DNA of 55,639 nucleotides, counting the filler, from Porpidia crustulata (taxonomy: Eukaryota), in NCBI GenBank assembly GCA_964255105.1. It is 4 parts of 4 records of this genome, joined end to end, with 100 filler letters (N's around TTAATTAATTAA, not from the genome) between each part and the next. Parts side by side here need not be neighbours in the genome. Positions count along the whole stretch, not along the records: positions 1 to 13,867 come from CAXUWE010000408.1; positions 13,968 to 27,806 come from CAXUWE010000409.1; 2 more parts are not named here. The stretch is one strand, 5' to 3'. A program made the translations under genes and the position numbers. The notes beneath the pieces are model-generated. The model had not been told where the DNA came from. It worked only from the letters and a program-made list of their open reading frames with translations, and made no database searches. This document shows, piece after piece, positions 12,436-22,290 of the stretch (positions within the stretch are counted from its first letter, which is position 1; each line of letters begins with the position of its first letter).

Positions 12436-13575
12436 ATGGTGAGCGTTAACATCTGCCACATAAACAGGCTATGCTAAACATCATTCTTGGCATAGACATC
12501 AATCGGCACAGGCTATGACCTCCAGAACTCCGTCTTCTCGCCCGACGGCAGGAATTTCCAAGTGAGCTTCCCAAAAGCTATCAAAGGTTGCGAATGAGCC
12601 GTCGACTTTTAGCTGACGGGTTTCTTTCAAGGCTGAATACGCAGTCAAAGCGGTAGAGAACGGAGGAACATCAATTGGCATAAGATGTAAAGACGGTGTG
12701 GTATTGGCGGTAGAGAAGATCATAAGTAGCAAGTTGTTGAAGCCTGGTGCGAACAAGAGGATAGCTACAGTAGATAAGCACGTTGGTGTGGTGCGTATCT
12801 ATGAGCTCGAATGGTGTCTAAAGCGCACCCACGTTGACAGTCTAATGTCTGGTGCTACATAGGTCTCTTCAGGATTAATCCCCGATGGCCGACATTTCGT
12901 ATCACGAGCTCGTGATGATGCATCGTCATGGCGGTCAACATACAAATCTCCTATACCCGTTGCTACTCTCGCCAGCCGACTCGGCAGCTACGTACAAGCA
13001 TACACATTATACTCCAGCGTTCGACCATTTGGTGTCACGGCCATCATGGGTGGCTATGATATGGAAGGCGAACGAGGGGTTGATGGGCAAGTGGGCTCTG
13101 GACCGAAGGTAGGAGGGGGCGGCAAAGTGGAGGGAAAGAAAACTGGAGGCCCTGGTTTATACATGGTAGAGCCCAGCGGTTTATATTGGGTATGCTCGGC
13201 ATGTCCATCCCTCTGTCTTGACCGTTGGACTGACAAGATACTGTATAGGGATACTATGGCGCAGCAACCGGGAAAGGCAGACAAGCGGCCAAAGCCGAAC
13301 TCGAGAAGCTAGACCTAGCAGCTGGCACGCTATCACTCGAGGCGGGTGTCAAAGAAGCCGCGCGAATTATCTACGTTGCTCATGAGGATAGCAAGGACAA
13401 GGAATTTGAACTGGAGATGACCTGGATCAGCTCGGCCAACGGGCTAACCAAGGGAAGACATGAGGAAGTGCCTAAGCACATACTAGAGGAGGCAGAGAAG
13501 GCGGCGAAGAAAGCAATGGAGGGTGAAGACGAAGAAGAGACGGCGGCGACCGAGGGGGAAACGATGGAAGAGTAG
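12436..13575 (+). CDS. PRE10: 20S proteasome subunit alpha-7
   Basis: ATG-only first exon, then [38 protein letters not shown]...SVRPFG...[31 protein letters not shown]...[11 protein letters not shown]. Stop TAG at 13573-13575. Confidence 0.95.
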
Positions 13576-13867
13576 GATCGATTTGTCGGGGGCGTTCGTG
13601 TAATAATACCATTCTGGTCCATAGCGAAGAGCGTTCTCGAAAGAAGTCGATCTAGATATTTTCAGCCCGTAAAAGTCTCGTCATGAGAAACAAAACTTAG
13701 ATACGCACCGAACACAATTCTGGCCCTTGAAATTTGCAACCATTCATTGACGAGCACAAGAAACGTCTCTAGCTAGCCTTCACCCCCCCGACCGTCAACC
13801 TCTACCCATCAAGAACAACTAGAAAATGACCTCCCTCAAAGGCCCCGGCGCCCCTCAGCTCCACGAC

Positions 13868-13967
13868 NNNNNNNNNNNNNNNNNNNNNNNNNNNNNNNNN
13901 NNNNNNNNNNNTTAATTAATTAANNNNNNNNNNNNNNNNNNNNNNNNNNNNNNNNNNNNNNNNNNNN
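13868..13967. other. Artificial contig spacer (N44-TTAATTAATTAA-N44)
   Basis: 100-nt N run with the six-frame-stop linker TTAATTAATTAA at 13912..13923. Confidence 0.97.
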
Positions 13968-14114
13968 ACCTCCGATATATAGACACGTAGCTAGACCGAC
14001 TCAATCCACAACCCTTTTCACCCTAAGTCAGCCCATCATATATTTCAACACTTGTTTTATTTAAATCTTAATCAGAGTTATAAATAAGCTTAAAAGGTTG
14101 AGAAATCCTATCGC

Positions 14115-14244
14115 TGTTGCATAACGAATGAATTACTACATCTCCATAACCCTAACCCTAGGGATTAGCGCGGACCGTGGGGGGTGGGAAAACGAGTGGT
14201 GTCCTCAGCCCCGTGTGGCGGAGATTGCCAATCCTTTATCGACA
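14115..14244 (-). mobile_element. Possible LTR / retrotransposon relic at contig end
   Basis: 130 bp bounded by TG...CA with imperfect inverted ends (TGTTGCATAA ... TTATCGACA). Next to AT/TA-rich sequence running to the contig break. No matching target-site duplication seen. Confidence 0.35.
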
Positions 14245-14338
14245 AAATTCAAGCCACTGATTTGACAACGACAGTTGGAAAAAGACCGAGTCTCCTAATC
14301 GCCAGGGGGCTTACTCGCCCATTTCCGTCTTCCACCGT

Positions 14339-16159
14339 TCACAACGGTGATACGAGCATATCCATCTCCGTCTGCTTCGTCACCCAATTTCCCACGACGT
14401 CCCATTGCCGGTCTGGGTGAGTGAGCTCGGCAGAAAAGTGGCGATAAAATCCGGTGATGAACTTGTAGATCTGCATCACAGCGATATTCTTCCCGATGCA
14501 CATGCGAGGGCCGGCGCCGAACTGATCCGGGATTTTAGCCGAATCATCCTACATTTCTCCAAAGGGACTGAAAACTTACCGAGAAAAGATTTCTCCTCAT
14601 TTCATCCACTGTCGCCGCGGGCCCGTCCAGCCATCGCTCCGGTCGGAAAACGTCTACATCTTGTCCATAGATCTCGGTGTTTCGATGAATGACCCAAGGG
14701 TTTACACCTACAATGGTGCCACCCGGTATTTTGTAGCCATCGATAACAGCACCCTCTGCAGGTGTTACACGTTCGTTGATAAGACCCAGGTTCCCATGGA
14801 TACGTAGCGACTCGTCGATGACTGCGCCCCTATTGCCAAAAATTTCTTAGTATTTGACATAGAACGAGATTGAATTGCTTACAGATACGAGAGCTTAGTG
14901 AGCTCTGCGTACGGAACTCTATTCGAAAGAGCATAATATGGTTCCAGAGTAGCAAGCTCGGTACGAAGCTTTGTTTCGACTCGAGGTGTTCGAGCAACGT
15001 AATAGAGTATTGCCCTGAGTGTCACAGCAAGAACATCGTGACCAGCCAGACTATATGACTTGTCAGTAAGCCCATCCGTTGGTTTATTGGTAGAAGAGCA
15101 AGCTGACAGATTGATATATATTGACCCCGTAATGTCTCTGATGGAGAGTTTGTCAGGCTGAGCCTCCCGGAGCTTAAGGAAGTTGTGGAGCATATCAGGA
15201 GTTTCAGTGGGTTTCTCAAGTCGTTCCTTGATTGCGGAAGCTGTGTACTGCATGACTGAGTCATCGCGTCGAGTCTAGCCATGTAGAGTGTATGCCAACC
15301 TTCAATACGGGATTCGACCGTTTCGAATCCCAATGATTTTCCTTGATCCATCGGAACCACTCAAGCAGCGGAGCTTGTGCATACTGCTCGTTGGCTTCAA
15401 AAACGTCCCTTTCATGGAGAAAACACTGGATCTACTCACCAATCCAGTTGCGAGTAGTTCTCGATCCGAAGCCTCGATCATCCCCTCGAAGTCCTCTCCA
15501 CCCTCCATAAATCCGAACATTTTCGAGATATTGAGCTCCCCGAGACAGTCGAAAGAGAAAAGGTGCACCCACAAAGACATATCCAGATTGGTAGGGTTAA
15601 CTTTTTGAGTTCGCTTTCGCATATGATTTAGAAACACCTCCATACACAAGTCGATCTTGGATTCTAAATCAAGCACAGCAGTCTTGGTATACAGACCGCC
15701 AACAACCTTCTTAAGAGACGAGTGATAGTTGACATCCCGGGCTGCAAATAGATTCAGTAATGGCGCTCCTTCAAAGGGTGCCGCCGTTGGATTGTAGAAA
15801 TCAGACTAGATCCGACTCATGATTAATATGATCCTCCACATTAACTGAAAGATGATGTATGAGAATATTCCCACTTTTGGGTAAGCTTGCCTAGATCCAT
15901 GAATGATCTGGAGTGCTCCCGGAGTCGAGAAGGATACATGTTTCGGGCCTATTCGGACAACTGGACCGTATTTTCTATGTATCGCTATATTCCGTTGTGG
16001 CATCTTGTCGTTGTAGACCGCTAGGACCTTCCATAGGTTACTGAAGCTTGCGGAGAAGGGCCCTGGAATGAGACTCAAGTCTCCACCGTATCGAGTGTAA
16101 ATCATCCGAAAGCTCAAACAGAGAGCACCAAGCGCAACGAACACCCAAATTGCAGCCAT
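14339..16159 (-). CDS. Cytochrome P450, multi-exon, apparently intact
   Basis: N-terminal TM anchor + IPGP, KYGPVVRIGP. I-helix NLLAGHDVLAVTLRAILYY, ExxR (DESLR), FRPERW, heme motif FGAGPRMCIG. Stop at 14339-14341. Exons join in frame at GT-AG introns. Confidence 0.95.
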
Positions 16160-17301
16160 TACTGAGGAAGATGGTGACTGGAAGTGTGTGGAATGAGGAA
16201 ATTGGTGGTATAAAACCTATGAAGCTTGATTGCTGTGGAAGGTTTAATCCCAGACTCAGTGCTTTATGAAATTGATATCACACTGCATCGTCCGATGTCA
16301 GGGAGAAAGTTACAGACAATGACTAGTGTAAACAATACAACTGTACGACGCCGATGTACGTCTGTACATGTTTATTACCTCGTCAACAAGTGGACTCTTA
16401 CGGAGGCAGCTGCCAGAAAGCTATCGGGGGGCTACGTCCAGCGAAGACACCCTCAACTGTCACAACCTACAGTCGATTCACGATAGAGACCTACCTTTGG
16501 CTCATCCCGGTGTCATAATGGAGGCAGTCGGAGGCAGCTGTTTTGCTTGTTGGCCACTCAGCATATTCTTCGGAGCCGCGCGGAATACTTCCGCCCGCTG
16601 CCTTGTTGTTGATCAACACGAATATGTGCAAATGTCGCCGGATTAGCTGGATGCAACCTGCTTTCTCCAGTACAAGCTTTGTGCAGGTAGGATGTAGTGG
16701 TGTGAGATAAGGAGCTCTGGAAGGATGGTTGGTTCTCGGAGGTGACAGCGAGGGAACCAAGCCGGCCAATTTTGGGTTCGCAACTCGTTTTCAATTTGCA
16801 TTTCTCCTGCATGCAAACGACATCTAATTGCAGTGATTTCACCAACTGCCGAAACTCAAGTCTCTTCACCGCTCCTTCAACCTCAACCATGCCAAAGAAT
16901 TGGACTTCATGTTCACATCTGGGGACAGGAAGGATGATGCTACCTTCCGGGATTTTTTTCATCGTTGATCGTCACCCAGCCTCGCAGATCGCACCTCAGG
17001 TTACTTGGTAGTAAGATTCATCTTTGGGTTGGGAGAGAAGATTGGTTTGATACAAGGTACTTGATGATCATGAGAAGGATTGACTCGTAGTCATTAACCC
17101 CGACATGGCCAATGAGAATATACTGGAATCCAGGTCTGATGGAAGTGCACACTTTACGCGCACATGTCTCGTGGGCTCTTGGCCTTCGACAACCGACCCT
17201 TCCATCTTTGAATATTTGAAAACTCACAAAGGGCACACGATATGCCCTGATTCGTACAACACCCTTGCAACTATCTTGAGAGATTCATTGAATCAATAAA
17301 C

Positions 17302-18788
17302 ATGGCTACAGCACTGCAAGAAAATAACTCCAACCTCAGACTCTGCCGTCTTCAATCTGCTTTGGACGGATTTTCCGTGGCCTCTAAATGGAACGAACTT
17401 CAAATGCACGACGAAAGAGTCAGACGATACCCTTGTTATCCCGTTGAGCTTTTGATCTGGAATCAAGTCAACTCGGAGCTCAAGAATTCTGAAACCACAA
17501 ACCACCGCTTTTGGTGGAGTCGGCACAGCGGAAAAGCACTTGCAGTCCTTCTTCACAATGCGAGATATCCTCCAGATATACAGTATCGGGACTTGAAGTT
17601 CTTTGCACAAGTTGTGGCTCCTAACCTTGGCGCCTCCCACGAGACTAGCATTGAAGGAGGTAGATCCTCGTGGCAAAGCTTCATGACTGATGATGGCACT
17701 CCTCTTGAGATGAGCTGGGACTGGGGCACAAAGGATAGTCTGCCAACAATACGCTATTCAGTAGAACCGATTGGGCTGCACGCAGGCACTGCGCTCGACC
17801 TCCACAATCTAGCTGTTGGACCTGGATTTCAGGATCAGCTTGTGCGTTGCTTGCCGAAGATGAGACTGGAATTGTTTCGACATTTCATGTCCTTCTTCAA
17901 TAGCGACGTCAACCATGAGGCAGGCCCCAAAGGGGACCACCAATCCTCCATCTTCTACGCATTCGACTTGGCAGCAACTGAAATCACGGCCAAAGTGTAT
18001 TTCTTTCCGAAGATGAGGGCAGAAACATGTGGTCAGTCAAATTTGGAAGTTATGCTGCAGGCAATCAACTCAATCCCTGCCGTGTCGAATGATGACCTGG
18101 AGGCTTGTACCATTTTTCGTGACTTCACTTCCGACGAAGTCAACAAAGATCTGGAATACGAAATGCTAGCCATCGATCTCGTCAACCCAACGAAGTCGCG
18201 CCTCAAGGTTTATTTTCGTTCCCGCGATACTAGCTTCGCCTCCGTCATCAACATAATGACTCTTGGTGGCCGTCTCAGGAATTCAAGGATATATCTAGGC
18301 CTCGTAGACCTTCACCGACTCTGGAAGGCGTTCTTCGGCGCCTACGGGCCCCTGGATCAGCCACTAGATGAAAATGGCCATCGTACAGCCGGCGTCCTCT
18401 ACAATGTCGAGTTCAGGCTGGGAGACTCAATCCCTGTTGCCAAGATCTATATACCCGTTCGACACTACTCCAGTAGCGATGCAGCCGTCATCAAAGGCCT
18501 GAATGATTACTTCCAATATCGCCAGAGAGGGAAATATATGCCTGATTATATCAAGGCAATGAGCACACTCTTGTAAGTTTGTTCTCCTATTCAGTTGAGG
18601 GCAAGGGAGTGTCTACAGTATTATTACTGATTTTCCAACTGTATAGCTCCGCCGAAACCATGAAGGCGCAGTCAGGAGTCCAGACCTACGTTGGGTGTAC
18701 TATTAGAGCAGATGGAACCTTGAGAGTGATTTCGTATTTTAAACCACAGATACCGGCACTCTTGTTTGGTGATGATGAAGGCACATAA
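17302..18788 (+). CDS. DMATS-superfamily (ABBA-fold) aromatic prenyltransferase
   Basis: FWW...L..LL..A.Y, SFMTDDGTPLEMSWDW, IRYSVEPIG, KVYFFP, AIDLVNPTKSRLKVYFR, AKIYIPVRHY. Intron 18573..18646 joins to the last exon GVQTYVGC...LRVISYFKP. Confidence 0.95.
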
Positions 18789-19876
18789 GCATTTCCGCGC
18801 AAGTGCTCAAATCCCAGCAGTCGTTCGATATTCAACCCATCAATGGTGCTTTGCGAATATATCAAATGCCACCTCGGGGAATCAGGACACTAGATCAGAT
18901 CGAGCATGTATAAAATCAGATAGCTACTTAGCTTCATTCCCATAGTCACTCCCATGCTAGCTAAGTCATTTCTGGGATGACCACTCCCCTCCTTTTCCAA
19001 GATTCATGCCCCCCTGCACCAACCAGAAACGGATTGTGCATCGATCGCCATTGGGCATGATCATTTGTAAGAACGATTCTTGGATGGTTATGTTACACAC
19101 TGGTACTCCGAGAAAACCCCGGGGCCCCACTCTTGGTGATCGGGGTGCTAACCAACACTGACACCTTTCACCAAAAGCGAATGCAAGTATTGCTATCAGG
19201 CCACGACGCTGTTTCCGCTTTTCCCGAAATAAGCAGGTAGTTGGAATATGTCATTTCATCGATTTCGTAGCTTTGTTCGCATCTCTCTGCACACAACATT
19301 GCATGGGGTGACATTGGACACTCCGGTCCGAGTGGGGCTGGCAATAAACTGATGGCATGCTCACGATCATCGATCCCGAACCCTCGAGATTGAGGACTTT
19401 CCTGATAATTGCCAGATCGGGTCCAAATCGCTGAAGTTGCTTGACCGAGCATATTTCCTATGGTCGGACACTATGTAGTACTGCTCGCAGATGATTAAAT
19501 ACGATATATTTGCAGCGGCGTTGCTTGACTTGCTTACCGAGCTTGCCGAGCTTGCCAAGGCTCCGTTAGACTTCTCTCGCTTGTCTCATCTCTCACTGCT
19601 ACTGTGACAGCTTGGATTTCTGACCAGCGTGCTGCATAGACTATTGCATGTAGATCTGCTGCAAGTTCCTTTAGCTGCCATGGGTATCCGTGGCACATCA
19701 AATATCACCGGAAGAGTGTTTCGAGTGCTCACCAATGCACTCTCTCCAGTCCACCCAGTCCGTCAAAGCCCGAGTCAGGCCATGTCAACTACTCACATGA
19801 TATTTCCAGAACGTGTTTGATGCCTTCTGTGTGAAAACCCTCCCGCCGAGTTGTCTATCCGTCGAGCAGCACCATC

Positions 19877-22290
19877 ATGAACCACACCGACATAGTCATC
19901 AAAGAGTGGCAGAATCTGGAGAATCTGCTCAATAGAGAGGACTCGCATTCTGTCGTCCTGACAGGCCATGCTTTGACTATTCCAGATATTGTCGCGGTCT
20001 CCCGGTTTGCCAGCCCCCTCGTCATTTCAAGTCACATGGCTTAGGGGATTTCATGACTGAAAATTGCAGTCACAATGTATATACAGACATCAGTCCGTCT
20101 GTTATTGAGTCTATGCTCTCCAGTCTAAATACGCTTGAGAACAAGATTCGAGATGGCGACATTATCTACGGTATGAGTTGCCCACTACCGAAGGTTGGCA
20201 TATTTTAATGTTTGTTACTTTAGGTGTAAATACTGGCTTTGGAGGGTCAGCAGATATACGTACCAAAAAGCTCGCTCAATTACAACGGGCCGTAATCAGA
20301 GAACTTCACTATGGTGTTCTACCACCTGGGGAAAGAGACCACCATTTACCGCCACTGGAAGCGTCTCTGGCCAAACACCACCACGATGTGATGACCGACA
20401 CCGAGACTGAGAGGTCTTATCTGCCAAGGTCTTGGACCCGCGCAGCCATACTGATTCGAATCAACTCTTTGATATCCGGATTTTCAGCTGTCAGACCCGT
20501 GATCGTCGAACGAATGCAAGACTTGTTGAAACACGACATCACACCAATGATTCCTATGCGCGGGAGTATCTCCGCATCTGGCGACCTGAGTCCCCTTTCC
20601 TACATTAGTGGTGCCATTCAAGGCAAATCTTCAATCCGGATCATTTCCAGGGACAGTCAGTCTCTGTACGCGAACGACGCTTTCTTCAAGTTTGGTTTGG
20701 AACCACTTACATTGCAAGCGAAGGAGGGCCTTGCTATGACTAACGGAACGACCGTATCAGCTGCCGTAGCTGCTTTGGCTCTCAATGACACCCATGTCCT
20801 AGCAATTATGGCCCAACTTCTGACTGCCATGAGCGTTGAAGCTCTACACGGAACAAGCGAAAGCTTCCATCCTTTCTTCTCTGAAATTCGACCACATCCT
20901 GGCCAGGTAAATAACCCAACTCCTTCTCACCACGCACTTTACTTGTCAATTGAGCTAACATCAGCGAAAGATTGAATCTGCACGCAATATCTTGGGATTT
21001 CTGAAAGGCTCTAAGCTGACCAGAGTCAACGTTGGAGCCAATGCTGTTTTACGCCAGGATAGATATTCAATTCGGACCGCCCCACAGTGGCTTGGTCCTA
21101 TTCTGGAAGATCTTGTCCTGGCCCATCAACAGATATCCATTGAATGCAATTCCGTGACCGATAACCCCCTTGTGACCTCGGACGGAGAGTTCCTGCATGG
21201 TGGGAATTTTCAGGCCAAGGCAGTAACTTCTGCCATGGAGAAAGTAAGACAGGGCCTTCAAGGCATCGGTCGCATGATCTTTTCCCAATGCACTGAACTC
21301 ATTAACCCTGTCATGAACAGAGGTCTTCCTCCAAATTTGATCGCCGATGATCCCGGCGTCTCTCTGATTTTCAAGGGCACAGATCTCAATGTTGCAGCAC
21401 TAGCGGCAGAGCTTGGCTTTCTTGCCAATCCTGTTAATCACGTACAGACGGCAGAGATGGGAAATCAATCGCTCAATTCTCTAGCCCTCATATCTGCTCG
21501 ATATACCCATACTGCGATTGAAGTGCTTTCTCAGCTGATGGCAGCACACTTAATCGCCGTTTGCCAGGCCCTGGATCTCCGTGCCATGCACATTCAGTTT
21601 CTGGAGCTCTATCGGCCTCAGTTTTACGAGCTAGTTGCCGAACATTATGCGGCCAGTGGCCTTGTAGAGCTATCCCCATATACCAAAACGCTTCCGGAAG
21701 TGGAGTCGATTTTATCGAACCTTTCAAACCCGTCTGCGAACCTGACGAAGCTGCCAAATGGCTCAACGCACAACTCACCCGGCCAGACCAAGTCATCAGC
21801 CTTGGATGGATTGGGGGAATTGCTTTGGTCTCAGGCTCTGGTATCTTTCGATACAACGACCAGCATGGACGCGGCGGAACGGTTTATTACCATTGCAAAT
21901 TCGCTGCGTCCCGTTCTGCTGGATCACGCCTTCCTCAACAAGGCCGCAGACTTTGTTACCCGGCTCGAGGCTTTCACCGATGCCACCAGTGTTTCGATGA
22001 GGGACGCCTGGTGCTCGCACAGGGACGCATATATAGTTCACGGTGATGCAACTGCAGTACTCGGTACCGCATCGAAGGCAATGTACACATTCGTCCGTCA
22101 ATCACTGAATGTGCCAATGATGGCGACAAGAAATCTTTCGACGCCCCGAATGGATCAGTCTTTTCCCCCCGGTGAACATGGCTCTCGAGCGCCGACGGTG
22201 GGCTCATATACGGGCGCTGTTTATCGGGCTCTGAGAGATGGCACCATGGGGAAATTCGCAGTAGACGTCTTGAAGACTGTTTCAGAATAG
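19877..22290 (+). CDS. MIO-dependent aromatic amino-acid ammonia-lyase (PAL/TAL family), 4 exons
   Basis: ATG 19877 (MNHTDIVIKEW...LTGHALTIPDIVAVSR). Spliced IIYGVNTGFGGSAD (catalytic Tyr loop), MIO triad GSISASGDLSPLSY, KEGLAMTNGT. Intron 20907..20970, then QDRYSIRTAPQWLGP, NSVTDNP, HGGNFQ, AEMGNQSLNSLAL. Confidence 0.96.

Noticed and set aside
13912..13923. TTAATTAATTAA palindrome recurring three times at about 13.9-kb spacing
   Set aside because: Embedded in N runs; it is an assembly linker, not biology.
14147..14168. Telomere-like TAACCCTAACCCTA
   Set aside because: Only about two units, internal to an LTR-like relic; not a telomere.
19521..19563. Degenerate 9-mer repeat (GAGCTTGCC x2 plus variants) and small ORF 19367..19558 upstream of the lyase
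   Set aside because: Too short and degenerate; no coding or motif support.
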